Assembly: GCA_050012755.1 (NCBI GenBank)
Contig: JBEKGO010000002.1
Location: 1 to 64,000 of the forward strand
DNA: 64,000 bases
Source of the DNA: Candidatus Bathyarchaeia archaeon
GTDB taxonomy: Archaea; Thermoproteota; Bathyarchaeia; Bathyarchaeales; Bathycorpusculaceae
Direction: 5' to 3'
Below, one piece after another: positions 1-10,521 of the stretch. The number at the start of each line of letters is the position of its first letter. The stretch's first letter is position 1. The position numbers and the translations under genes were made by a program. Under the pieces are notes generated by a model. It was not told the origin of the DNA. It worked only from the letters and a program-made list of their open reading frames with translations, and did not search any database.

Positions 1-122
1 CATCAGCATTGGAGTTTTATTCGCTACTATAACTATACGAGGCCTCATGAGGGAATAGGCTATTTAACTCCCGCTGAAATATACCTCAAAGAAAAAGTGT
101 AGCCCATTTTCTAGATAGAACA
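1..122 (+). mobile_element. Right end of an IS481/IS3-type insertion sequence: transposase C-terminus (1..102) plus probable terminal inverted repeat ending in ACA (122)
   Basis: Frame 1 reads HQHWSFIRYYNYTRPHEGIGYLTPAEIYLKEKV*, the YN-x2-RPH-x5-TP end of integrase-core transposases. It is followed by ...CCCATTTTCTAGATAGAACA, a typical IS481 TGT...ACA end. Confidence 0.75.
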
Positions 123-203
123 ATGCTTGTCCACCATCTACCAACCGTTGAAATCATGTGCCTACACCTTTGCGTGACCAAATTTGCAAGCATGATAGAC
201 GGA

Positions 204-533
204 TTAGGACGGCTCTTTTTTTTCGCCAAGCATTTCTTTTATGGTGTCATAGTACGTGTTCATATAAATTCGTCCGCTTTCGGTTATAGCGTAAACTTTT
301 CGGGCGCGCCTGCCTTTTTGTTGCGTTGTGCTTTCAAGAAAACCTTTTTTTTCCAGAGAGTTTAGTGCGGGGTAGAGTGCGCCATGTCTTATTTTTATGT
401 TGAAGTCTGTTTCTACTTGTTTTTTGATTTTGTATCCCCATGTGGGTTGGGCTTGTACGGTGCGTAGTAGTTTGATTTCTAGTAGGTTTCTGATTATGTG
501 TTGTACAATTTCTTTTTTGTATTTTTCTGACAT
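204..533 (-). CDS. PadR-family transcriptional regulator
   Basis: WGYKI...HGALYPALNSLEKKGFL...RARKVYAITESG PadR wHTH motif. Confidence 0.88.
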   Translation of the reverse strand: MSEKYKKEIVQHIIRNLLEIKLLRTVQAQPTWGYKIKKQVETDFNIKIRHGALYPALNSLEKKGFLESTTQQKGRRARKVYAITESGRIYMNTYYDTIKEMLGEKKEPS

Positions 534-698
534 TTGTTTTTGCCTGGTGGCCGTTGTTCTTGGCGCGTGGATGTTAATTTTGTTTGGGTTATGTTAAGTT
601 TAGGTTGTTCTTATATTATGTTGTTATGTTTTTGTATGCTTGGGCTATGTATCAAGCTTTATATTAGGGTTTATGGATATTCAATACTCAAGATAGAA

Positions 699-722
699 AA
701 TATGTCTAAAAACGGACATATT
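699..722. promoter_or_regulatory. Candidate operator between the divergent PadR genes
   Basis: Perfect inverted repeat AATATGTC-N8-GACATATT downstream of TATA-like CTTTATATT (~657-665). Confidence 0.45.
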
Positions 723-776
723 GTCTACACGCAGAACAGCAAAACTGTTCTACACAAATACAGGAGAAAAACAAAA

Positions 777-1205
777 ATGTTAAAAACAGCAAACTCACAA
801 AAAGAAGTTTCAAACAAACTAATGAAAGGTCTACTAGACCTAATAATACTCCAATTCCTAAACACCCAACCAATGCACGGCTACCAAATAATTACAAAAA
901 TCCGCAAAAACTTCGGCGTCTACTTCGGCCCCAGCACCGTATACCCACTACTGAACACACTCGAGAAAAAAGGCTTCGTAAACAGCGCCTGGAACATGAA
1001 CTCTGATAGACCAAGAAAAATTTATAGCCTAACTACAAACGGCCAAAACATGCTAGACTTTACAGAAGAATCGTTGAACTTAATCTGCCGAAAAATATCA
1101 TCACAAACTAAAACAGACGTTACAACTGAGCCCTCAATTCAACCAACAATAGGCATGATTACCAAGAGAGAAAGAAGTACTCCAACAAGCCGCTTAGTGT
1201 TTTGA
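777..1205 (+). CDS. PadR-family transcriptional regulator (start reassigned to ATG 777)
   Basis: KGLLDLIIL...MHGYQII...STVYPLLNTLEKKGFV...RPRKIYSLT; RBS-like CAGGAGA upstream of 777. Confidence 0.88.
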   Translation: MLKTANSQKEVSNKLMKGLLDLIILQFLNTQPMHGYQIITKIRKNFGVYFGPSTVYPLLNTLEKKGFVNSAWNMNSDRPRKIYSLTTNGQNMLDFTEESLNLICRKISSQTKTDVTTEPSIQPTIGMITKRERSTPTSRLVF

Positions 1206-1346
1206 AAAGAGTTAAATAGAAATCAGGGCGCAAAAACGCCACCCTCTTTGTTTTGACCAGTTTTGCTAGATAATTTTGGTTTTTAAACCGTCTTTTAATA
1301 TAACTCAATGTCTTAATTCTATATTGGCTAAAGTATTGATGCCCAA

Positions 1347-3056
1347 TTGAAACAAATAATCAACCAAAGCAGCGAATTAAATACTCAAATACTCGATTTT
1401 TGTAGACATATCGCTGGCTCCTCAAACATCACAGCCATAGCTCACGTTGACAACTACTCGATGAAGCCAATTAACGACAAGGCAATAATTAACATCATGC
1501 TTGTAATTCAGCCGTTTCCACCTAGAATAATGAGTTACATTAAAACAGTAAATGAAAAAACCGTTTTCGTTTTTGCGGTTGATCAATGGGTTTTCGAGCG
1601 AGATATAGAAATAGGTCTGTTGGGCGAAGCGATTGCAGGCAAACTTATTTTCCCCCATTCAACACTTTATGGCGAAGATTACTTAGATAAGAAAGAAGTA
1701 ATGTTGAAAAAACGTTTGATTCTTGAATTGCTGGAAAATTTAGCATCAAGTTTTCCTGAGCTTACACATCGAATTCAAATTGAACCGCAATACTTCCTCT
1801 ATGAAGTGCTTTCTAATCGAACCCGTCTTTCTCCATTACTAACTTATGATGCGTCGAATTTGATGAACGGCTTGCTGTTAAATGAAGCTGAATTTCTAAA
1901 AAGCTACAATGAAGCGCTTACGCAGCTTGAATTGGAGGGGAAAATATATTTTCTAAATAGTTACGTGAAGATATCAAAGAAAATTTTGAAGCAGTGCCAA
2001 AATCCAAGAGTCAAAATTGTTAACTTAACAAAAAACGCACCCAGAAGATTATTCACATCAATCTTTGGGACTTTTCCTCAATTAATTAATATTTTTTCGC
2101 AAAATACTGAGGCTTTTCTTAAGACACAAAAGATTAATTGGAGAAAACAACTTGATCAACCCTATTTATTCATAAATCCTCAAAAATATGTGTTCTTTCA
2201 AACGTCAACTGGTTTAGTTTCTTTGTCTGATAAGATTGATATCAAGGGTTTCGCTCAAAAAATGCTTTCGAAATCAGGTCAAGACATTGATGTTGAACCC
2301 TTAGGCGGCATGCTCAACGATGTATACCTGATTAATGTTCGAGGGAACGGGGTTGTAACGAAGGTTCTGGCTAAGCGTTTTAAGGATTGGTCAGGATTCA
2401 AATGGTTTCCCTTAACGGTCTGGTCACTTGGAACAAGACCTTTCGCCATTACCGCTCAAGCCAGGCTTGCAAAAGAATGTGCAATTAGCGAGCTTCTTTA
2501 CAATGAAGGGTTTAAGGTACCAAAAATTTTGCATATAAGCAATGCTGAACGTTTAGTTTTCATGGAGTACATAGAAGGAGAGAATCTCAGCCAAGATATC
2601 AAACGCATAGCCACGGCAAGAGAGAACCAAACATTCGAACAAGAACTCACCAACCTAACTAAAGCGGGAGCAATACTTGCCAGAGTTCATTCTCACAACA
2701 TTGTTTTAGGAGATACTAAGCCGGAAAACATGCTGGTTAAACCCGATGGCAGTATTTTCATGATTGATTTTGAACAGGCAATTCAAGACGCCGACGGAGA
2801 TAAAGCATGGGATGTAGCGATCTTTCTATACTATGCTGGTCATTTTCTTCAACCGCTTTATGGGAATGCAAAAGCTGAATCAATTGCTAAAGCGTTCATA
2901 AACGGTTATTTGAGGGCTGGGGGCGACGTTGAAGTCATTAACAAAGCAGGGTTACCCAAATACACACGGATTTTTAGCATATTTACAATGTGGAATATTA
3001 TTTCGACTATGGCTAATGTCCTCAAAAAAACTGAAGCTCTCAAGCAAGAAAGCTGA
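1347..3056 (+). CDS. Protein-kinase-like phosphotransferase (Bud32/RIO/Kdo-kinase-like) with large N-terminal domain
   Basis: C-terminal kinase motifs: LAKRF, VPKIL, LVFMEYIEG, LGDTKPENML, MIDFEQA. Confidence 0.7.
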   Translation: MKQIINQSSELNTQILDFCRHIAGSSNITAIAHVDNYSMKPINDKAIINIMLVIQPFPPRIMSYIKTVNEKTVFVFAVDQWVFERDIEIGLLGEAIAGKLIFPHSTLYGEDYLDKKEVMLKKRLILELLENLASSFPELTHRIQIEPQYFLYEVLSNRTRLSPLLTYDASNLMNGLLLNEAEFLKSYNEALTQLELEGKIYFLNSYVKISKKILKQCQNPRVKIVNLTKNAPRRLFTSIFGTFPQLINIFSQNTEAFLKTQKINWRKQLDQPYLFINPQKYVFFQTSTGLVSLSDKIDIKGFAQKMLSKSGQDIDVEPLGGMLNDVYLINVRGNGVVTKVLAKRFKDWSGFKWFPLTVWSLGTRPFAITAQARLAKECAISELLYNEGFKVPKILHISNAERLVFMEYIEGENLSQDIKRIATARENQTFEQELTNLTKAGAILARVHSHNIVLGDTKPENMLVKPDGSIFMIDFEQAIQDADGDKAWDVAIFLYYAGHFLQPLYGNAKAESIAKAFINGYLRAGGDVEVINKAGLPKYTRIFSIFTMWNIISTMANVLKKTEALKQES

Positions 3057-3450
3057 ATGGAAATGCATACGAAGCATCACAAACGGAAAGCTTCTGCATG
3101 CCTCAATTTGGTCACTGGGATATTGCCTGTTCAGTGCAACTGTCTTAGTACCTTACAAAAGCAGTTATGTTTGCTTGTTTCACTCAAACAAGCTTATTTC
3201 TGAGGCACATTTTCTGCTAATGCAATGTGATTTCAAGCCCTCGATAAGGTGGAATGGTTATTTTTCGAAGGTCGAACAAGCGCTAAATGAAGTGACGAAA
3301 CATTGATTGAATGTTTTGAGCGGGGACAGATTGATTTAGGATGGCTTCGAGGGTTCGAAGCTGCAATCCAACATGGCTTAAGCAGTTGTTGGACCCCTTT
3401 GGGCAACAGTGTTTATTTACCTTCAAGGGAAATATTTACTTGGGACTTTT

Positions 3451-3726
3451 ATGAGCGAATTTTACTATTATAACGGACTCAACAAGGTTAAGGTGGTAAC
3501 TGAAAGTGATGGTTACTGGATTGTTGAGGCGTTAGAAGATTTTGAGGATTGTTCTGAAGGCGAAGCAATTAGCGTTAAAAAGGGTGAACGACGAATTGTG
3601 CCGCCGGATACTTTATTTAAGCAAAAAAGAATGTTGCCCGTGGTTAAAGAGCATGAATACGAGCTGAACATGGAGAAGAAGCTTAAGCGAATGGTTGCAG
3701 AGTCGGATGAAGCCACAAAGAAATAA
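3451..3726 (+). CDS. Small hypothetical protein
   Basis: Charged 91-aa ORF with plausible ATG; no motif recognised. Confidence 0.6.
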   Translation: MSEFYYYNGLNKVKVVTESDGYWIVEALEDFEDCSEGEAISVKKGERRIVPPDTLFKQKRMLPVVKEHEYELNMEKKLKRMVAESDEATKK

Positions 3727-3845
3727 CTAGCTTTTTTAGAGTGGAGAAAGGCTCTGTAAGTTTCGCTATAACAGTTTTTTAATTTGGTGTTCAAAGCTTA
3801 AATGGTACAACCTGCATTTTCACTTCCAAACGAGGCTCAATTCAT

Positions 3846-4721
3846 TTGGCTAACCAGAAAATAAGCGAAGGCGACTACGTCCTAATTTACCTAGATGCGC
3901 GAAGAACTTACATGATAAAAATGCAGGCAGGACAAACCTTCCACACACATAAGGGCTACTTGAAGCTTGATGAGTTAATCGGCAAAGAATATGGCGAACC
4001 CATCAAAAGCAGTCTCGGCACCTACTTCACAACCCTTAAGCCATCTTTGACCGACTACATCATGAAATCTTCACGCAACACACAAATCATCTATCCTAAA
4101 GACGCCGCCTTAATCGTTATGTTTAGCGGAATCGGTCCAGGAAGCCGCGTCGTAGAATCAGGCACAGGAACAGGCTCATTAACTACGGCCCTCGCCCATT
4201 ATGTTGGTCCAACTGGAAAAGTTTACACTTATGAGTTGCGCAGTGAATTTCAAAAAAACGCTGCCAAAAACCTTGAACGCTCAAAACTCATAGACCGCGT
4301 CGAAATGAAGAGCGGCGATGTGACTTTAGGTATTGAGGAACGAGATGTTGATGCAGTTATTTTGGATTTGGCGGTTCCATGGCTGGTAGTACCGCACGCT
4401 TATGAAGCTCTGAGACCTTCAGGCACACTTGTTTCGTTTAGCCCAACCATCGACCAAGTCGTGAAAACAACTGAAGCCCTGAGAGAAAACGGGTTCGTAT
4501 TTATAGAAACAATCGAATGCATGATGCGGGCAATGCAGGTCGAACGGGGAAAAACAAGACCACAAACGCTTATGACGGGGCACACGGGCTACATTACTCA
4601 TGCAAGAAAAATCCTTAAACTTCTGCAACAACCAGTTCCGGAAACAGCAACAGAGCAAACGCTGGAAACTGAAATTAAAGAAAAACAAGAGACCGCAGAT
4701 GAAACTGCTGAATCAAGTTGA
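3846..4721 (+). CDS. trmI: tRNA (adenine-57/58-N1)-methyltransferase
   Basis: TQIIYPKDAALI, VVESGTGTGSLT, ILDLAVPW, FSPTIDQV, GHTGY. Confidence 0.93.
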   Translation: MANQKISEGDYVLIYLDARRTYMIKMQAGQTFHTHKGYLKLDELIGKEYGEPIKSSLGTYFTTLKPSLTDYIMKSSRNTQIIYPKDAALIVMFSGIGPGSRVVESGTGTGSLTTALAHYVGPTGKVYTYELRSEFQKNAAKNLERSKLIDRVEMKSGDVTLGIEERDVDAVILDLAVPWLVVPHAYEALRPSGTLVSFSPTIDQVVKTTEALRENGFVFIETIECMMRAMQVERGKTRPQTLMTGHTGYITHARKILKLLQQPVPETATEQTLETEIKEKQETADETAESS

Positions 4722-6323
4722 TTTTTGCTTATTCTTAATTATTGGTTTCTGAGACATGCTTAGAGACCAGAAAGCTTGTTTTAGTTGTTCGCCGCGTGTC
4801 AACCCGTAATAGAACCCTGCAACTCTGCCAACGTAAGGAATAACAAGTTGATCAACTGCCTTGTAGATATACGGGTTCGGGATGCGGTTTTCGAGGAATG
4901 TTGGTTTCCAAATCTTGATGTTGTATTCCCAGCATTTAATGAAAAAGTCCCAACGTGCTTTTGAAAGAGAATCCATTTCAGCGCCTTTCTTGTTCATCAG
5001 CACACAGTTCTCTAACGGTACAAAGAACAAAGGTACGTAAAATGCATTGTAATCCTTCAACTTATCCATAAGTTCAAGCGTCTGCAAAATGTCCTCTTCT
5101 TTCTCATCTGGAAGCCCAATAATCAATGTTGCTAACGGATACCAGTTATTATCGTTAAATATGCCAAAGGCTTGCTCCACAACTTCCTGCCATTGTTCAG
5201 GCTTAAAGGGCAACATTTTACCTGCCATGTACTTCTTCATCAATCTTGGGCTGCCTGTTTCAATTCCTGTTTCAGCAGTAATTATTGCTTTTTTGTCAAA
5301 AGAGTACCAGCTACGTTCGATGAGGATTTCTGCTAGTTCTTTCACCATTTGCGGGTTATGAACTGCAGGTGCTAGAGACATATGGGATGCTTGAATGCTT
5401 TTGACACCTGGATGCTTTGCAACGCTTCTTACAAGGTTTACGACGGCTTCTTTGTTTGGAATGAATGCTTTGTCTTTGGTTCCGTAAAGGAAGAGGTCTT
5501 CAGTGACCAGGGTTATGTGGTTACTGCCCTCAGCCGTTGTCAAGGCAACTTCCTTCATAATTTTTTCCATGGGCACATCGATTTTATGCTGCATAGTCGG
5601 TGTGCAGAACTGGCAGTTTCTTCCACACCCCTTTGAAATTTCAACCGCACCATGAATACCCGCATGTTTGGTTAGCGGCATTATAGTATTGTAATCCCAA
5701 TTGCTGATTGATTCATCAGCTTTCACGATGCGTGGAAGTGCCTCGCCATTTACTGCTTTTTTGAAAATATCAACAATTGGTTCTGGTCTTCCGCCAAGGA
5801 GGACGCAATCTACACCATACTTGTCAGATACGTGTTTGCGTTCAAGCTGCCAGGCACCAAATCCGCCGACTACAATTTTCGGCTTAAACTTTTTGATATT
5901 CGGATGAGTGAGCAGTTTTTGGAATTCAACGGCGTTCATTGGTTCTCCTCCGCCGATGATTGAAGAATAAGTTTTGCTGACGTAACCCATGCCTGTTGGA
6001 TCCATTGAAGAAATGCCAATGACCCTGGTTTGTGACCCCACAAAATCTTCAAGATCGTCGGGATGAACAACAGCGACCTCCTTTTCGGTGAAGCCACTGT
6101 TTAGAAGAATAGCTTCCACTTTTCTTAAGCCGTAAGGTGCAAATCTTGCTCTGCCATCAGGTTTGCGGTCTACTGGGGGATACAGTGTTTTCCTAACAAA
6201 ACCTAGTGGAACTGGACCTTTACCAAAGCCTGCTACAAATGCGATAAAGGGATTATTGTAAAAGTCACTCATTTCGGTCGATGATGCAGTAAGGACAACT
6301 TTGATGCCTGAACCTGAAGCCAA
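4713..6323 (-). CDS. B12-binding-domain radical SAM protein
   Basis: EISKGCGRNCQFC (CxxxCxxC); APYGLRKVEA and SMDP-G N-terminal motifs; ETGIETGS. Confidence 0.85.
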   Translation of the reverse strand: MASGSGIKVVLTASSTEMSDFYNNPFIAFVAGFGKGPVPLGFVRKTLYPPVDRKPDGRARFAPYGLRKVEAILLNSGFTEKEVAVVHPDDLEDFVGSQTRVIGISSMDPTGMGYVSKTYSSIIGGGEPMNAVEFQKLLTHPNIKKFKPKIVVGGFGAWQLERKHVSDKYGVDCVLLGGRPEPIVDIFKKAVNGEALPRIVKADESISNWDYNTIMPLTKHAGIHGAVEISKGCGRNCQFCTPTMQHKIDVPMEKIMKEVALTTAEGSNHITLVTEDLFLYGTKDKAFIPNKEAVVNLVRSVAKHPGVKSIQASHMSLAPAVHNPQMVKELAEILIERSWYSFDKKAIITAETGIETGSPRLMKKYMAGKMLPFKPEQWQEVVEQAFGIFNDNNWYPLATLIIGLPDEKEEDILQTLELMDKLKDYNAFYVPLFFVPLENCVLMNKKGAEMDSLSKARWDFFIKCWEYNIKIWKPTFLENRIPNPYIYKAVDQLVIPYVGRVAGFYYGLTRGEQLKQAFWSLSMSQKPIIKNKQKST

Positions 6324-6566
6324 ACGTCTCTTTTCCCCGCGAATAGAGTAATAAATATTCCATAGCCTTTTAAGAATTGCTATCGGTTGAACGTCATTGG
6401 ATAGAAACTAAAAGAGAATTCGATTCGGCCTGAGAACCCATGATTGCATAAATGTTAACGTCTGAATATAGCACTTAACCTTGATATTTGTATTATTTGT
6501 AAAGTTCATGATCTCGCCTTAGGAAATAACTAAAAAAAGGGAAAATGGAGAATCTTTTTTTGTTAT

Positions 6567-9000
6567 TTAGTTTTTTTCAGTCTTTTTCTTGCGACGTCTG
6601 TACCATGCAAGGAGTATCAGGAGCAGCACTATGATGATGACGATGATCACTATGAGCCAGTCAAACGCACTGAAAACAAATGATGCTGTAGTAGGTGCTG
6701 GCGTTAGGGTTGGTGTTGCTGTTGGAGACGCGGTAGGAGTGACAGTAGGGGTTGGTGTTGCTGTTGGTGTTGTCGTAGGAGCTAATGTGGGGGTAGCGGT
6801 AGGTGCGACAGTGGGAACGGCAGTTGGAACTGCAGTTGGAGTTGCAGTAGGTGCTGGTGTTGGTGTTGGGGTAGGAGCTGAGGTGGGGGTTGGAGTAGAA
6901 GTTGGCGTAGGTGCTGCTGTCGGCGTGGGAGTTGGAGTAGGTGTTGGAGCAGGAGTTGGAGTCGGCGTTGGTGTTAGGGTAGGAGTGGGCGTGGCTGTTG
7001 GACTAGGAGTGGACGTAGGAACTGGCGTAGGCGTTGCGGTAGGAACCGCAGTTGGAACCGGAGTAGGCGTAGCACTTGCGTACACAGAAACGGAAATGGT
7101 GTTAGAAGCAGCAGTAACTGGAGTAGAAGCGCTATCGGTTACTGTGCAGTAAACTGTATGCGAAGAACCTGAAGCAGAATACGAATAAGTCACACTGTTA
7201 GAGCCAACCGCAGAACCATCCAAATACCACTGATAAGACAAAGGAGCAGTACCGCCGACACCTGTAGCAGTAAACGTCTGAACCTGACCAACAACCAAAC
7301 CGATCGGACCCACAGGAGAAACAGAAACTTTCGGAGCAACATTCACCGTAAGTAACGTAGGAGCGGATTGAGCCGAAGTCAAGCCTACACTAGAAGTTGC
7401 GGTTGCAGTAACATAGTATGTACCCGAGGCATCAGGTGCAAAATTAAACGTAGAAGCAGTCTGACCGAACTGAGGAACCCCGCCGACATACCATTGATAA
7501 CTTGAGTAGATACCTGAACCGCCACTAGCTATAGCTGAGAACTGCAGAGACTGCCCGACATCCATTGTCCAGGAAGATGGCACCACAACAACAGTCGGAG
7601 GACCGCCAGAAGGTCCAGTCGAGACTAGCTGAACAACGCAGTTTGTGTTGCTTGTGACTGAAACTGATACTGCCAGTAATGCCTGAAATAGTGTTCGGAC
7701 CGCTGGCAACGACTGTCGCTCCGGAAATCGGCGATAGCGTTAGTGAGTTCTGCACTGTTACGGTAAGAGTGAACAGGCTTGCAATGTTGATAACGTATGG
7801 CTCCAGAATCAAAAGAGCTAATGCAGTGCTTAAGGCTGGTCCATATGCATAAGGACCATATTCTGCCCATTCCACCCATCCACCGTTATTCCAACCTCCA
7901 TTAGAACCTTGATTAGCGATGAGTTGATCTGCATATTCTCCTGTGCCATTATACCATTCAACACCGTTAGTCCCGTTGTAGAGCGAAATGTACTGAATTG
8001 GCGGTACAGCACTTCTGCAGGCTTTCATGACATTATACATGGCGTACAGGTTACCAATGTTGACACTCCAATCAGAATCGCTGTAAGTCCACATCCGGTT
8101 AATATTGCCTTCAGCGGCGATTATGCTGGAATTCGTTGAAAGAGCACCTACAAGCGTCAATTCTTCAATTCCTACTGCAGCTTCTGAAACCTGTCCTAGG
8201 ATGGAATCTTTACCTTCGTAGCCAAATGAACCGTATAAATTAGTGGTAGTCGAGTTTGAGGTTAGATCTTCGTCGGTGTTGATCCAATTTCTAAGTTGGT
8301 TTAGCACCCATGTCGGTGGATTTATTCCCCATAACTCAGCTGCAGCTAGACCAAACACTGGCCAACCTGTATTTGATTGGTCAGCTGCACTGCCATTATT
8401 GACGGGGTTATAGCTCCATCCTCCTGCAGAGGCACCGATGTCTGATTGAGCATAGAAAAGATAATCATCTACGTCTCTAGCAATAGATAGGTAAGAACGA
8501 ACGCCTAATGGTCCTGGCAATGTCATGTTTGTTTGTGCGTCAGAGCCGATTAGGGCTAGAAGAGCAAACGAAGTTTCATACTCGGGGTAGTTGTCACCAT
8601 TCCAATATACGCCTATTCCAGTTCCGCTGGTGTCTGGATTGCCCGCTGTTTGATTAGACAAAGTTATGTTTGTTCCTTGTGTGAGAAGCCAATTTAAGCC
8701 GTTTTGAACATCAGTGCTGAAAGGATCAGATGTGTTCCAACCGTAGTGACCGTCGTTTTCGAAAGCCAAGACAGCCATTGCTGTGGCAGCAACTGGATAA
8801 TTCCCGATGCTCCATTCTCCGTTTGATGCCTGAGTACTGTTCAAGAATAAAAGTCCATTAAGGATTGAAGCGTTAATCGCTGCTTGTGTTGCTCCGCTGC
8901 TGGTAGAGGTCGTATATAGCGCAACTGTAAAGAATGTAGCTGTTGATATCAAAACTATTATCAGAATTGCAAATATTTTATTACGTGAAAACTTTTGCAT
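6567..9000 (-). pseudogene. Large surface protein split by a frameshift near 7670: signal peptide, prenyltransferase/squalene-cyclase-like repeat domain, Ig/PKD-like domains, Pro/Thr linker, C-terminal TM and basic tail
   Basis: ORF 7525..9000 holds the N-terminus and ORF 6567..7709 the C-terminus. Sensible sequence switches frame at ...NTISGITG / VSVSVTSNT... Confidence 0.72.
6762..6880. repeat. Pro/Thr-linker DNA block nearly identical to 24046..24170
   Basis: TGTTGGTGTTGTCGTAGGAGCTAATGTGGGGGTAGCGGTAGGTGCGACAGTGGGAACGGCAGT... occurs in both genes. Confidence 0.9.
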
Positions 9001-9167
9001 GTAAAATTGTTCTCCTTCTAATTCATTGTATTGAAGTTAGATTCTGTTAGATAATAAGTTTTGTGGTATTTTCTAGAGTTGCCTGCAACCATCACTTGGT
9101 TTCTCCAAAATCAAACAATTAATAAGGAGACTATTGTTTTGGAACAAAAGATAGCTTGGAAAATGGA

Positions 9168-9689
9168 TTAACGCACTGACCTCATGAAGAGGTTCGAAGA
9201 GGTTTGGTTGTAGGAAACTTCATTCGGCAAAGCTGATGTAATGGTGTTTCTAATATGCAAAACATCAAACGGTATGGTTACATTGGAGAATATGATAAAC
9301 GAAGAGACGCTGTTGCTTGGCACAACATAAACGATAGCCCAAAGAGCAGAGTTCATTTTAGAAGAAGCAGTAATATTTGCTATTAAGGCAGTTGTTTCAT
9401 TGAACGAGCAAAAATTAGGCAAACTGCCAGCCGCAACGGATGGAATGGAAACGCTTTGAATAGTGGCGTTGATAACTCGCACCGTATAGGTCGGCACAAC
9501 ATTCAGGCTTCCTGAATTATAGAGATACAAATTTACTTGAAGCACTCCGCCAGCATTCACATAAGTGGGTCCAGATAGATAATATTCGACTCTGGAATAG
9601 TTGAAGTATTCATCGACAAGAAAAAATACAGAAGTCACAACCAAAACAATGATCAAAATGCCTGCGAACACCTTCTTTATCAGATTCAT
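9168..9689 (-). CDS. Membrane-anchored secreted hypothetical protein
   Basis: N-terminal hydrophobic helix, then a beta-rich Ser/Asn/Val domain with NxT/S sequons. Confidence 0.7.
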   Translation of the reverse strand: MNLIKKVFAGILIIVLVVTSVFFLVDEYFNYSRVEYYLSGPTYVNAGGVLQVNLYLYNSGSLNVVPTYTVRVINATIQSVSIPSVAAGSLPNFCSFNETTALIANITASSKMNSALWAIVYVVPSNSVSSFIIFSNVTIPFDVLHIRNTITSALPNEVSYNQTSSNLFMRSVR

Positions 9690-9828
9690 TGAAAATAAAT
9701 GCACCTCAGTTTTGCCTCATTTATTAGAGGCACCTTCTTAAAAGGCTTCGGTTAAGAAAAAATGAAGTTAGACATTAAGTTTATATTTTGGCTATTTCAG
9801 ATTTAACCAGAAATAGTTAGGCGAAACC

Positions 9829-10419
9829 ATGACACAAGACAAATCGCCAAAAAAGTCGAACAGACGTAGATTATATGCCATAGTGATTGGTGTGATGTGC
9901 ATAATTCTTTTCGCATCTGTCTTACATTTTGCTATCCAAAAAGGACCAAGCACTGACTCAAACGTAAATGGTGTTGCTAACACTCCACCGATACAGATTA
10001 TACTTTACGAAGGCGAAATAAACGCGACGACTTATGGGTTCGGAACCAGTCCTACCGAATTAACGTCGCCAGGACCACAACTAAATCTGCAACAAGATCA
10101 GTCGTACACAATAACCGTCTACAATACAGGAACAAACCCTCACAATTTTGCGATTATTGGGGCACAATGGGCACCAACCGTAACTAATGGTGTGCTCACG
10201 CCTCTAAAGCCTATTTCAACTACTTTTGTCCAATTCGGCGCCCAAGTTGGCTCGGACGCTAACCCAATTCAGCCGGGATCTCATGTAACAGTAACTTTTG
10301 CAATAGCTCCAGCTGACGTCAATCAGTACCCTTCACTGACCTACGCCTATTGCAGCCAAGTTTCCCAAGATGCAAACAGCTACAACATGTGGGGACCAAT
10401 AGAAGTTTACTCGGCTTAA
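9829..10419 (+). CDS. Membrane-anchored cupredoxin-fold (sulfocyanin-like) protein with atypical ligand loop
   Basis: SPGPQL, YNTGTNPHNFAII, IQPG, YAYCSQV...NMWGPIEV. Confidence 0.65.
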   Translation: MTQDKSPKKSNRRRLYAIVIGVMCIILFASVLHFAIQKGPSTDSNVNGVANTPPIQIILYEGEINATTYGFGTSPTELTSPGPQLNLQQDQSYTITVYNTGTNPHNFAIIGAQWAPTVTNGVLTPLKPISTTFVQFGAQVGSDANPIQPGSHVTVTFAIAPADVNQYPSLTYAYCSQVSQDANSYNMWGPIEVYSA

Positions 10420-10521
10420 TAACAACTGAGCACGTGCCAATTTTTTATATAATTCAGACAAAAGCAGATTTAAATGGGGCGTAAATTTTTCGTGGCAGAA
10501 AAAGAATAATTTAAAAGGGCA

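Noticed and set aside
534-776. N-terminal extensions in the ORF track (PadR 534; also pyrG 19560, ZnuB-like 13592, reductase 43369)
   Set aside because: Recognisable family sequence and RBS-like sites begin at downstream starts
3057-3450. Possible ncRNA or small ORF (hairpin GCTTCGA-GGGT-TCGAAGC)
   Set aside because: A single short hairpin and no recognisable motif; insufficient support
6589-7152. Val/Gly-rich ORF on + (also 24071..24301)
   Set aside because: Antisense shadow of Pro/Thr linker codons
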